Assembly: GCA_051362555.1 (NCBI GenBank)
Contig: CM120648.1
Location: 17,666,587-17,730,586, forward strand
DNA: 64,000 nucleotides
Source of the DNA: Lingula anatina
Lineage: Eukaryota > Animalia > Brachiopoda
Reading direction: 5' to 3'
Shown: piece after piece, positions 51,121-64,000 of the stretch
Layout: every line of letters starts with the position of its first letter
How positions within the stretch are numbered: the first letter of the stretch is position 1
Notes under the pieces: model-generated
Database searches by the model: none
What the model saw: the letters and a program-made list of their open reading frames with translations, nothing else
Told to the model about the DNA's origin: nothing
Program-made: the position numbers and the translations under genes

Positions 51121-54100
51121 TATGTGGTTATCCTGTTTTTTTTATTTTATTTATTTTTCTTCTTCTTTCATATATTTTGGACTTCGTAAATACGCAATCA
51201 AACTATGGCGATGCTTGTCTTACATAGGTTCCTTGATCAATGACGTTATTTGTGTGTTCGATAAGTAGATTATACTGATAATTTCAAAAGAAAATATTGT
51301 TTTCACGATTGGAAAGATTGTTACTGCCATTTTATTCTTTGTACGCTCTCCGCTTTACCAGAAAGGAGAGAGAGAGAGAGACCAGTCACATCATATGCAT
51401 ACTTTGTGCACTTTTTACTTACATTATTACCTATAAAACATGTTCTGTATGATTGCCTTCAGTCCCAGAGGGGTTTGTACAGCTGGGAAATCCTTCAGCG
51501 TGGTATTACCACGGGACAAACAAAGTGTGGGAAGAAGCCAGGTCTTACTGTCGGTCTCTTGGCTCTTCGGTCTTCCTGACGACAATTGACGACGCCGAAG
51601 AGAACGCTGTGCTTGTTGATTATGTGCACGCCAATGGTGGAAGTAAGTACTCTCATATTACCATCTCACAATAATTACGCTATTCTGTTTTATTGTCGTC
51701 ATATTGTTTATCGGAGTCTTGAGTATTAAGATTTTTATTGTTGTTATTGTTTATGTCAATTTGTAGTTCTGATTGCTTAATCTACTTCTTGTTGTTACCC
51801 TTTTTGCCTCAATCTCATTTATACATCAATGACATTTCATACTTTTCTTGTAAGGTCACAATTATTTCAAAACGTACTTGTGCTACAGTTATTTTTAAAA
51901 ATATGTTATATTTTGTAGCCCATTTTTACACCGATGGGATCAATACCGGCGGCTATTGGGTTTGGGACCACACCGGGGAGAACCTGACGTACACCAACTG
52001 GGCAAGCGTTCTGGAGGGTACCGCATGTTTTATCATTCTAGTTATGTCGGATACCGCTGACCCGCTCTATGGGCAATGGTACAGAGGACCTTCTGATCAC
52101 CCCTTTGATTTTGTCTGTAAACTTTATCCCTCTTTCAACTAATGGTCGTAATAAAATATGCTGAGAGACTGTACACGAGAAAGGATGTTTATTGATTGGG
52201 TATTGGTTATTCATTGGTTGTTGTACTGAATTTTCTGATTTATAAATGCCAGCCTATAGATAATTATCAGTGGATCATTTTTCATTCGCGGAAATTTAAT
52301 TTATTGGACCTTACGCGCGTTACGTCCTACGAACATGTGACAGAATTGGCTCATATGTTGCCCTTCTGACATGGGCTACTAAAAATGGTTTGGTTGGTAG
52401 TTGGTGTTGAAGACCTACAATATCTGTACATACAAGCAGGTTGTTTGTGCAGGGCATCACCATGTGTTTTCATCTTCTAATGGATATTTTGACATTTAAA
52501 GATTGGAGTAACTTTAAACAAGTACTGAAAGCTTTCAGAATCTTTTTAAAGAAACGTTTGTCTATTGATGAGACTATTTCCCTGCTGGACCAAGGAAACC
52601 ACACACAAAAAATTGCATCTGTTTACTTCGCGTCTGTTGATTGTTCATTTCAATATTAGTTTCCAATCTGTAATATTTGTCAGAATTTTAGTTACTTTGT
52701 CTAATTATAATGTACCGTTACGTTAAGTCATACCTCCCTGTTTTAATGACAAAGCAATCAATAGATCTTAAACAATATCATGAGATGTGCATTTGTGTTT
52801 TCGACTATTTCAAGCTTGAAGATAATATCAATACTCCTAGAATAAACAAGCATTACCATATGCATTCCTCTAAAAAGTGGTATTTAAGAATATATTTGAG
52901 AATATCTACCCGTCTATGTATAAATGTTTGTGAAAGAATCTGAATAAACACAGATGCTTTTTTTCTCACGCTGGGGTTTTCCTCCTTTTGTAAAACACTA
53001 AAATGCCCTTTTTTCTGTCTGGAAACAGACAAAGAGGATGGATGCATTTCTTTTTCTTCTTTCCTCCCTTTGTCTTCAAGGGTGTTAACTGTTGCACTTA
53101 TATTTTACTCTACATAAGCCCAAGGTGAATTACATTGCAGTCCAATCTAATGAATTATTGCGAATTCACTTTTATACAAAGGGCAAAGCTCTAAATAATG
53201 TTTCAAACAAATAGTTACGTTTTATTTTGACTGGCACAAGTCTATACAAACTCATGTAGCTTGATATGTAATGGACCAATGTCTAAGCAAATTTCCAAAA
53301 TAAAAAATATTATGTAACTGGACCCAGTGAAGGTGGCGATACATGGAAAAATTCCAAAGTTGACAGTTAGCCAGAACCGCTTCCAGAACGTTACACTATG
53401 TCAGTGGTCCTACTCGAAATCTGGTATTTTAACTTTTCAAATCTGTATAATAAAAACATACAGAAATACTTGTTGTGAATTTTTGCGAAATAATCCCTGT
53501 GTTATTAATGAAGTTTATTCGACCCGCACCGTCAGATCTTGCAGTATTCATGAAAACATCCACATCCAATCTCTACACATTCACGTGTATTCTACCCATT
53601 ATTTAGGACATACTATCATTTTAGGTATGCTTCCGTTGTTAATTAGCTGAGACAGTAAATTTAAGATTTCAAGCACTGTCTGTCTCTCGCTAGAATAAAG
53701 GCCTTATTTTGGAATATCGAATTTCTCGTCTTTCTCAGTCATAGTAGACTACTACCCATGTGCCGCGAAGCACAAAGACCTCGACAGGTCAACATCCGTT
53801 TGTGTGACACCAATTTAGGATAATCTAACAGACAACAGTGATTTTCTTTGTCCCTATTGAATCAATGCAAACACCCAACCAGCAGATGGCGCCATCGTTT
53901 CAGAGAAAAAAATCAATAGAAACGTCACATGCTGTCCAAGGTAGGACACCTTTTATTAGCTTCTAGCGTTTCGTCATCAGCACCTACTGTTCAAGTTCAT
54001 AGGACTTTCGAGCAATGGAGGCACTTGTCACTACACCTGGATACAGTCCCCGTGACAATATAAGAAAATGGGGTAACAGAGTCCGTTCTCCATTAGATTC

Positions 54101-54152
54101 AGACAGGTTAGGGTTATTGTGACGCAAGTGGGGTACAGTTTATTGGGACAGC

Positions 54153-54309
54153 TGTAACAGGAATGGTATTTCGCGAGGAACCGTATTCCCTATTACTTTG
54201 TACAGGTGACTTTCGTCCCATATTCTAATCCCAATACCAACTAACTCTAACCCGTACTTATCATATGGGATCCCGGACTTCCATTCCTAGGACTACCATT
54301 CCTGTTACA
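54153..54309. mobile_element. Short Ginger-derived MITE
   Basis: TGTAACAGGAATGGTA...TACCATTCCTGTTACA followed by CCGG; the ends resemble those of the 391-3417 element. Confidence 0.65.
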
Positions 54310-55352
54310 CCGGACCGTGTATCATAGTGGGCAATCTATACTACCTCTAGGCGAGCAGTGTGTTAGTTGTGCTATTCAGTGGTTGTGCCAAATGCGCCGC
54401 AATGCACACTTGAACATTCGCTTTGCAAAATTTTAAATAAAGATATTAAACAAAGCTAATTTCTATAATCTCTTTACCTGCTACGACGTAAAAACAGGAT
54501 AAGTTCTTAGGCAACAAATACGAATATGTCTCACTAATGAAGTATTGCTGTACCTAAAACATGCTTTTAAATAACAAAATCAATATTTACCGCATCCCTC
54601 GCATCTTAAAGTCCTATGGACTGACCGGGATAAAGAGGAATTGCAGTTATTTATTTATTAAGACATTTTTTAAAAATTAAACTTGCATTTTATTTTTTCA
54701 TTTTACGATCACGATCATTGTTGAAAGAGAGCAGCCTGTTTTCAAATATAGCCTGTATTTGTGAACCTGTTCAACCCGGCATGCATTTCACCTCAAAGAG
54801 AAAACGGACCGTCAGAATGCGTCCTCGGCCAACAAAGTTGTTTTCACCGATGAAGTATGAAAGCACTCGTAACGAACCTAATAACAATATTTATTTTTTC
54901 TCACTTAAATCAGTTGGATTAAACAAATGATTGAACAAATGACATAAAATAAACCATCCTTGATTATCACAAAAAAATGTGCATACAAATAATTAATAAA
55001 TCGTCCGGTATAAAGATAGTCATGGCCAGTTCCCAATGAAACTGTCGGTGTTCGTAGATCGATCCACCTCCACAGATACTTCTGGCTGAATGCAATCAGA
55101 TTAATATGTCTCCTTTTATTTCGCTAGTTTTTCTGTATTTTACTCAGCGCCAGGAGGCATGTTAATTTGCTAACTTACTTGCATTCAGCGAGTGCCCGCG
55201 CAGTTGGATCGATCTATGTAGCAAGATACTTTTGTTGTCAAGGAGCCCAAAAATTCTTACAGCCGACTTGATGAGTGCATTTGGCTGGAGAGCAATGTTT
55301 ATTAAATCTTCTCTTCTACCGATACAGTGGTGGCAATGGTGGCATTCACAAC

Positions 55353-55499
55353 AGGGGACTAACTAGTCCGAGGGTCAAATACATGGAGACCCGCCACCAA
55401 GCTTGTCGTCTAATCCGCTAATAGACACTGAATAGATATCCCATGGGGAAGTATTCAAGTGGTTCGGCCATATTTGACCCTCGGACTAGTTAGTTCCTT
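55353..55499. mobile_element. Small inverted-repeat element
   Basis: ACTAACTAGTCCGAGGGTCAAATA / TATTTGACCCTCGGACTAGTTAGT. Confidence 0.7.
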
Positions 55500-55587
55500 G
55501 TTCTGAATGGGGCCAATTATACCTGGCTACTGCACAAAGGGTATCTACTGGTAAGCACAATGGAAAAATGTGACCAAAAACGTATTC

Positions 55588-58058
55588 TCAACTCCTATTT
55601 TTGTTCTTAACAAGATCCTTGCAGAAGCAAAATTTCTTCAGTATATTTAACTTAATACAATCTCCGTGAGATCCGAAGGCATTCAATCTGCTCACATCTG
55701 ACGTCACATTAAACGTATTTCTGGTGACGTCATAGCGCACTGTAGCCTCAAACTTCCCGCCGCCGGGACGAGTGGAAAGAGTTATCATGTAGTCCTGAAA
55801 AGGTTCTTTTGTGGCCTTGTCGTTGTATTCTGGGTTGCCGTACCACGTGGAAGTTCTAAACCGTAACACTTTGGCATTCACCCCAATCTTAAACAGTTCG
55901 TGGATTTCGCTCAGCTTCAATAAACTGCACGCTGATAGGTTGTTCGATGTCAGCAGACCATTAATGTAACCAATCACCGCCTTTGACACATTTGGAGCTA
56001 ATGCAGAGTCGGGAGAGACGGCGGTCCTCCGCGAGCACGTGCACCAGTGCGTCTCCACACCGGCCTGAGAGCATGTCCTGGATTTTGGAATTTTCTTAAA
56101 CAGGGACATTCCTCTGCTTACAGCATTCTTGTAGATGTCAGCATAGGCTGTGCGTATGTTGTCTGGGTCAAGCACCTCAGCGATTGTCGCATGAACGTCA
56201 AAGGGGGTCGTAAGCACCTCAGCGTTGTGTTTCAAATTCCTGAGAATTTCAGGATAGGAATGAGTTAATGATTCCGGTATAACAATGGACATCAGTGGCA
56301 GCCTGTCCTCCAGTTTTCCTACGAATGTTTCCCGCACTTTACCCCAACGGATGCCGTGGTCGCTAAACAGGACGACCAACGTGTCATTAAGGTAACCACC
56401 GTTTGATAAAAAATCTAAAAATGACTCCATTCCGGCGTCCAACATCCTCGCGTCGTTGTGATCGTTGTGAGAGATTTCGCTTAAGAAAGAAAAACTGAAG
56501 AATGGTTCTTTGTTCCTTTGTTTAAAAGCAAGGAAATCTTTCAGCCACTCAATGAGAAGAAGATAACGAGGTTTGCCACCCAGGCAATACGTTCTACTGG
56601 TATTAAATAGCTCGGTGTTCCACAGAGAAATCCAATATGGCTGCATGTAGTAGTCTGTAGGGGGCGAGATAAAACCTATTCTTCCAGTAGTAAAAGTGCT
56701 TCCCGGGAAATCTTCCGCATAAAATGTCTGAAATCCCTTTTCTGCAAAGTGTTTCCATATAAACGGGAAGTTATCAAAATGATAAAACTGATCTAAATAT
56801 TTTCCGAAGGTCCAAGTTAGCTCCTCGTACGTTTTTCCTGTGAGAAGTGCTATAATGTTTGGAAGGGTGTTGTCGGCAACTTTATTGTAGCCATTAAAAG
56901 TTACTGAATTGGGGAAGCTAAGAAGACGTTGGCGAGATCGTGGAAATTGTCGAATGAAATTTGAATGCGACATGGAATCCATGCCAAATAATATAACGTT
57001 CGTTTTAGCAGTTTTGCCGCCATAATTCGAATATAAGTTCCGTTTTTCATAAGTCCTCTTAGACCCACTTTCATTTATCCCTTCAAACCCGAGTTTTCCA
57101 CTTTCCCGAGTTCCACTGTTATTAGTCCTAACAGACCTGCCACTATCAGTCATCTGGGACCTGTCCGACTCATCTGTGATGTAAGCATGGTAGTTAGTGT
57201 AGGTGACGTCATTTTTCTTCTCGCCATAACACGTGACTTTCACAAAGGTGTCGTCGCTCTTTAACCGGTGGCATTTCTTTAAATTAAATTTGATGTCAGC
57301 CTCGAAGTGAACCTTGAAGTCAGAATTGTCGACTCGTTTGATATACTGGAAGCTGCAAGTCTCGGTTCGTGAAAACCACGAAGCCTGGAAAAAGATTCAC
57401 ATTAGCTTTTAATTTACCTGGTAAATGAATTACTAAAGGAAAAAGGACGACTACAAAATATTGGGAAGGCCAATAAACAAGCAAATATTCCGCACTTAGT
57501 AGAACCTACAGCGGGCTGTATTGACCTCAGTTTTAAAATGTTAGAACAATATAACGAAAAAGATGATGAATCCTACCATCGATAAAGCCGCTTTGCAGAG
57601 CCGTAGGAAAAATGGTTAAATTTGAGAAACATGACAGTTATAAGCCTTTAAACTATTTAACTTGGTTAAATAATTACTACTAAAAAAATAAATATTAGCA
57701 TTATTATTATTATTACACATTTCTCACATATACCTTCTATCTACCATACCTTCATCTCCGTGGTATTAACATAGAGACATCCATCTTTGATATAAGTCAG
57801 AGGACGCGACCATGGCACGTCACACACTAGAGGGGCACTTTGCCTAAGTAAGTGTTTAATACTAGGATGATAGGGGTCTAAACGGGGGACGTCACACTCG
57901 CCATCTTGGTCCTCAAATACTGAAAATTGTAGGTCGTGCAAAATGGCCGGGATTATGTCGGAGAAAATCTCTTTGCGAAAATGAAATGCGAACGTGGCAC
58001 AGAGAACGTAGACCAGGAGCGCAAGAAGTATTTTTCTATAGCGTCTCTTCATGGTCAT
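55588..58058 (-). CDS. DUF229-family protein (alkaline phosphatase/sulfatase superfamily), type II membrane, ~701 aa; exons 58058-57750, 57384-55588
   Basis: N-terminal TM; C..P.LDPYHPSI; NVILFGMDSMS..NFIRQFP; GYNKVADNTLPN...LLTG; SDHGIRWG; LEDRLP; TPFDVHAT; SRLN..G...C......CFC; phase-0 intron. Confidence 0.9.
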
Positions 58059-58567
58059 AGAGGGAAATGGTTTGTGATGGCCTTAGTTAAAATACGTGGG
58101 AAATCCGCCGTGGTCTTGGGGTGTCAGAGATGGACGCCACTTCCATTTGAAAGCGACCTGTAATAGCAATAGAGCAATAAATATCAAGAACTACTATTTT
58201 ATCTTTAAAAACACGGTATTTTCAGTAGATATTAAAATATAAAATTTTCAAAATATTTAGCATTTATCCGTCTATATTTACAGATAAAAATATTAAGACC
58301 CACAAAATAATTCTTGGTGGTAGCAATAGACCAAGAACTATTGATTGGTGCAAAATTCTAGCCAAAAATCTACACATTTCAATGCATATTTGACAATACT
58401 TGAAGAATCCTCCCGTTATGTCCGGTATCTCGGAGTGTTCCGAGCAGTTCCTATTAGAGCGCAGTCAGAACACATAATCCGCGGAATTACTGATCCTCGG
58501 ACTAAGTATGGCCGACCCCACTCAAAAGCAAACCGCTTAAGCTACTGATGGTGTCACCACCACCTCA

Positions 58568-58755
58568 CCATCTCCGAGGGGTTTCTCGCTAAATTGCTTT
58601 ATGCTTAAGCGGCTAAGATGTCTGGCACGCCTACTGAAGCTGAAGCTGATAAACGATAATTAATTACCCCCTCGCAGCTTCGGTAGGCGTGCCAGACATC
58701 TAAGCTGCTTAAGTTGACTGCAATTTAGCAAGAATCCTCTCGGAGATAGATCGAT
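58568..58755. mobile_element. Fold-back palindromic MITE
   Basis: ATCTCCGAG...GCTAAATTGC...GATGTCTGGCACGCCTAC / GTAGGCGTGCCAGACATC...GCAATTTAGC...CTCGGAGAT. Confidence 0.75.
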
Positions 58756-59006
58756 CACAGTTAGTGCGATAGGGTCTGGGAATGGTCCCTATGCCAAAGA
58801 AGAATTAAGATAGGCCTAGAACTGTCAACAATCAATTTTACTCAGATTAATTGAATGATTTACATAAATCCTCCACAACTCCACTGCCTTCTGACGCATA
58901 CTTCACAACGTGACACCCCTACCTGTATTAAGACTGCAGATTAATTCTGTGCACTTTTCACCTGCAGAGATGAATTAGCCAGACTGAGAGCTCTGGTAGA
59001 ATGCCC

Positions 59007-59037
<31 letters not shown>

Positions 59038-59099
59038 ACACCGACAATCTTCAATCATAAGATCTGGTAGAGGGTAGGCCTACCCCCACCCCTCCCCCA

Positions 59100-59147
<48 letters not shown>

Positions 59148-59901
59148 CTTATCCACCAGACCCGTACCAGTTGTGATAGACTAGTACGGCAGTCGAAGGT
59201 CGTTTTATGTGGTTTCTACGTCTGTGCACCTGTCTATTAATCGTACGGCGATTTTACGACCATCGTTAACAAACCAAGCGACTTTACGACCGACCGCGTG
59301 CTAATACAGTGTCTCTCTCTGCTATCCACCCCACACCCCCCACCCAACCCCATTCATTTAAATACCCCTATTGTGGTACATCGCCTTCACTTGATAAGAC
59401 ACATTTATGTGAGATATAAAAGGGAGCCTCTGTAATTCAGTCACAGAAAATATGGGCTGCATATAGCTCTCGTTGTACGAGTTTTTCTTGCATATTCCCA
59501 TAGTATGTCATAGTATGGTGCTACCGCCTTCACGTGATATATGTAGCCTACTCAGTACATAGGCATGTGTATGTATACACGGTGATGATAATACGTCCTC
59601 AGAGTTTTAATTTTATATGCTGAGATACATAATTATAATATGATAATCTGACCTACAACAGATAGCGGTTCACACGTTGAATCCACTGCGCATTCCTAAT
59701 TGCCTTCATATGAGATCATATTATCATATTAAACTATACTACAAGCAGAGATGATGAAGCTCCAATAAGACAAATGCCTAAGGCAGAGGAAGTGATGAAC
59801 TATCTCTAGACTAGCAAACCTAAAGGACACGATGATCTAATAATATTTGACCGCCTTCTATTTTCAGTATCTGCCATGTTCATGCATTGTCGTTCCTCGC
59901 A

Positions 59902-59945
<44 letters not shown>

Positions 59946-60646
59946 AACCCTTTAACGTAACCTACCGGATGGAATACAGGCGCTCTGTTATTCTTCCAAT
60001 CATGGCTGTCTTTCTCTATACTAGACTATAGCACACTGTTTGCCACAGCGTTAGACATATCCTCGGCTTATTATTTTCTGTACCATCAACCCTCCATCTG
60101 CGCATGTGCCAAGAACTAGGCAAGGTGGATCTATGTCAACTATATATGTAGGCCAAATAAAACCACTGGCTAACCCTGATAAACTGACCTGGTGCATATT
60201 AAATCGGTGCTGTTTAATAATGTAAGTCATGCCAGGCCTGTACGTACTGATGCGACGGTCAGCTGCGTTTTATAATATAGCCAGTAAGTCTGCATGAAAT
60301 GGGTCATATTACACAGCTTGCATAGCTGATAACTGGACTAGAACAGCTTGCGTCATCAGCTGACGACTTTAGCCTCGTGACCCAGCTGTGATCGAATGCT
60401 GTGCCCCGGAAACGCCACAAAATCACAGCCGAAAACAGCCCTTGTAGGGCATGACTAGACCTTTATAATTGTGAAGGTCTATGATAAAAAATGAAATTGA
60501 AATGAATTGGATAAAAAAAAAGATATAATTATGATTGGTCAAATGACTGAATTAAACTGCCCTAATTTTATTCCTGCAGTCACATTGTGGCCTGATCAGT
60601 TTAATAAAGCACTCAATTATCCGGATTTCTTTTTTTCTTTTTTTTT

Positions 60647-60686
<40 letters not shown>

Positions 60687-60734
60687 AGTTTTTAAGATGA
60701 AATGAAGGCCTATATTGCCCCCATTATAAGTCTC

Positions 60735-60777
<43 letters not shown>

Positions 60778-61275
60778 TAACGAGTGATGAACTTCAAATA
60801 AAACCATCGTAAAATTAACAGAATTAGCCAAGCAAGCCAAAAACTCTATTTCCTATGATGAAAAAAAAATCGCACGGCGTGTTTTTCACTTGATATTCCA
60901 GTTAGGTCATATGCAGCTGTTTGCTGGTTGTTTGGAATTTGTTAGGCTATGTATTCCGGATCTTAAGGTAACGGGCCTTTAAATATCTGGCAACGCTGTT
61001 CTCTGACATAGTGCTGCATAAGTTTATGTGAGCGATGGAGGGGAAACACTGTACCAGGATTATATGTCTGGTGATATTGATTTTATGTTGTAAGTACAAA
61101 CGCTCCTCTGGAATTTACGGAAATCCAAATAAGATTAAGATACATTTATCTGATTAGATATGCTTCGGAATCGCAATTATCAGCAGAAGAATTAACTGAT
61201 TTTCAGATCATTTTTGCTGAACAGCTGGCCGTATAATACCATTCAGTAAAACTTAGGCTGTATTCCCAGAGCTTT

Positions 61276-61455
61276 TAGATCGATCTATCCCCGCGGGGAG
61301 TCTCACTAGATTACTGTCAGATAATCCGGCTTAAATGCCCGTCCCGCCTACTACAAGCTGTTTTGGGGTAATTAACTTACGTGTCCGCTCAGCTGACAGC
61401 TATTTAGCGTGAACCCCCAGGGAGTTAGGTCGATCTAAAGTAGATCGATCTAATC
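61276..61455. mobile_element. Fold-back palindromic MITE (same family as 12485)
   Basis: TAGATCGATCTA ends; GGGGAGTCTCACTA...GGCTTAAATGCC core. Confidence 0.65.
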
Positions 61456-61654
61456 TCGAGCTCTGGAAATGGGGTCTTAGATTCATCTCAAAACGCAAAA
61501 ACAGCAAGCAAGATATAGATCCAAAATAGCTGAGACAGACGACAGATACTGAACTTATAGAGTAAAAACAACGTAACTGCATTCGTGTTTCCAAGTGCAG
61601 TGCGCTGTGTTGCCCTGTAGGGACTATTTCCAGACCCTAATATCATACTAACTG

Positions 61655-61873
61655 TGAATCGATCTATCTCCAAGGGGACTCTCGCTAAATTGCAATCAAC
61701 TTAAGCTGCTTAGATGTCTGCCAAGCCTGCTAAAGCTGTTAGGGGGTAATACAATTAACTATCGTTTAGCAGCTTCAGTAGGAGTGCCAGACATCAAAGT
61801 CCCTTAAACTGCATGAAAGCAATTTAGCGTGTAACACCTTGGAGATGGATCGATATCCTGTTAGATCGATCTA
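61655..61873. mobile_element. Fold-back palindromic MITE (same family as 58568)
   Basis: ATCGATCTATCTCCAAGG...GCTAAATTGC / GCAATTTAGCG...CCTTGGAGATGGATCGAT. Confidence 0.7.
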
Positions 61874-62578
61874 GGTATGGGAACCCAGTCATATATTGCG
61901 CAATTCAGGAACACCGCAGTTGGGTTGGATTTATATTTCACATATCATTTACAGTTGACTGTTACTTTTTTAGGTAGCGTTCTTGCATCTGAGAATGAAT
62001 TGCAGGATAAAGTGCAAGTAGACGAGTCGAAAGGTAACATATTCCTTTTTTTCTTCATATTTGTGCCGTATTGATTCAACATTTGAACCCTTCTAATACT
62101 CACACACATAGTCCATAATACGTTTGCTGATTTAAACGTAATCCACCCGGTCAAAGGATGACTGTTAGGCCAAAAGAAAATTGGCGGAGACCTTTGTAAA
62201 CAGGGTCGGTAGACGAATTTCAAATCTTCTTTCTGTTTTTATTTTATTTTCAACTTTTGATGTGTGTACTAGCATATTTCAAGTTTACACTGCAGGCGAT
62301 TTTTAACATAAAAAAACAACTGAACTGAACTGTGACATTAAGTTTTTTTTTACTAAACTCATCAATTTTGTCTCACCCAAAGCGCATATAAGTAATTCAT
62401 CTTAGACTGAACGCTAAAGGACAGTGTATTGTAACGACATAATTCTAGGTGTTCTCACCTTATAAAATTAAATGTAAAATTGAAACCGAAGTCACAAATG
62501 CAATATATTGCAATTTCAATTCAAAACCCATTTCTAATGCTAGTTGTGTTTTTTGTCAAATGAGATGCTTATTTTATT

Positions 62579-62609
<31 letters not shown>

Positions 62610-63832
62610 TTTTTTTTATTTTTTTTTTTTACAGAACGCCGAGCGGTAAATTCGTTTATCGCCCAGAATCGCGCCAAAAGTTTCGTGGCAGACGATACAG
62701 TCAAGCGCCGCGTGAGGCGAGGATGGCCGTGGGAGGAGAGAGAGGAGAGAGAAGAAAGAGAAGAGAACCACAGAGAGTGGATTATCGGAAGAAGTGGCTA
62801 AAAACACGCCAAACTTGAACCAAATATTTATTTCAAAGAAACAATCATCAATCACTAGTCGAAAATCCTGACACTCACGAATGACTGGGTATAATATTGA
62901 CTTTTTGACGAAAACCAAGAAAAACGCCTCTAAAACGACCGATTCACTAAATATAATTTCAAACTTTCATCAAATTTCACAGCAGTTAATTAGGATATCA
63001 CCAAAACTGTTGAAAATTATTGAAAAATTAAGGTTTAGTTTAGTTTAGTTTATTTTACTGTAACATATGCATCCACTTGTGTGGATGAAAATGGCAATAT
63101 GAATAGGCCTACCATTTTTGTGAATATGCTATTAAACAATCACAATGAGTAAGACTAAATGTGTTATTCTCCATTAGTCGGTTTGGAGTAATCTCCACAA
63201 ATTCTGGACAATAAAAAGCTTTCAATATCGTAAAAGGAATTTCAATCATTTTGGTGGTAGAATTTTCGGGCCATTTGTAATATCGGTATGGTTCTCATTA
63301 TTTGCGTTAATGCTGCCGAGATTTAAGTACGTCCTGGTTTCTTTTCCAATTAGGGTCTATTTTAAGGTGATACAATTTAACCAAGCAAGAACAACAGTTT
63401 ATTTTTCAAGGTCAGTAAAACTTTAGATCTGGGTCGTATACATGGGTTATTATCCTCTTTGTTTTCAATTAGGATTACATTTTTTCACCGTAAACTCTTA
63501 AATTTTATCTAGGATTGATTATTTCTTATTGTATCTCGAGAATTAACTCCTTTTTCCATGTTGCAATACTGCGTCAAATATTTCCCAATGTCAAGGGTCG
63601 CAAGTGCGATATCAAGCAAATGTTTTACTAATCAAATATTTTTTTTAATAAATAAATAAATAAATGCTATTGAACAATGGTTCCTGTTACATAAATGGTA
63701 GATAGTGATTAACTCGAACATTCAGGATCTCTTCAATTATCAACGCAATGTGGCCTATTTACAAACATAATTTATTTCGCTTCAATCTATCACTCGGCGA
63801 TGGTTCGACGCATGCAAGAGTCTCAAAAGTGT

Positions 63833-64000
63833 TCGTGCGTATGTGTACTAAGTGTGTGCGTGCGTGCGTGTGTGTGTGTGTGTATGTGTACTAATTGTGT
63901 GTGTGAATGTGTGTGTGTTTGTGTAAGTGTAGGCCTGTGTGTGTGTGTGCGTGCGTGCGTGTGTGTGTGCGTATGTGTGTATGTGTGTGTATGTATGTGC
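63833..64000. repeat. Degenerate (TG)n/(TGCG)n microsatellite
   Basis: Directly visible. Confidence 0.9.

Larger units (their letters stand above)
44803..52142 (+). pseudogene. PAN/apple + C-type lectin-like gene D, interrupted; exons 44803-45115 + 46043-46065, 46893-46941, 51463-51642, 51919-52142
   Basis: All exons are individually intact, but exon 1 is split by a Harbinger derivative (in-frame stop at 45141) and the intron-2 donor carries a 4.2-kb insertion. Confidence 0.8.

Overview
AT-rich, intron- and microsatellite-rich animal genomic DNA (inferred lophotrochozoan/mollusc-like), not prokaryotic. From left to right: (1) a nest of DNA transposons (intron-containing Ginger1-type integrase element, Tc1 DD34E element, Harbinger-type MITEs); (2) a 6-exon IAP gene (3 BIR + RING); (3) three paralogous, intronless-CDS PLP-dependent alpha-oxoamine synthase genes whose motifs match bacterial quorum-sensing autoinducer synthases CqsA/LqsA. 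These have a spliced 5'UTR and a mitochondrial-presequence-like N-terminus, and one copy has lost the catalytic Lys; (4) a Penelope-like remnant with minimal hammerhead ribozymes inside the 5'UTR intron of the third synthase; (5) four tandem secreted PAN/apple + C-type lectin genes with non-canonical, divergent ligand-binding loops, the last one hit by two transposons; (6) a DUF229 (alkaline phosphatase/sulfatase superfamily) gene; and many fold-back MITEs. The best candidate for an undescribed system is the domesticated, triplicated CqsA-like cluster beside immune-type genes. All family assignments come from manual motif recognition; no database search was run.
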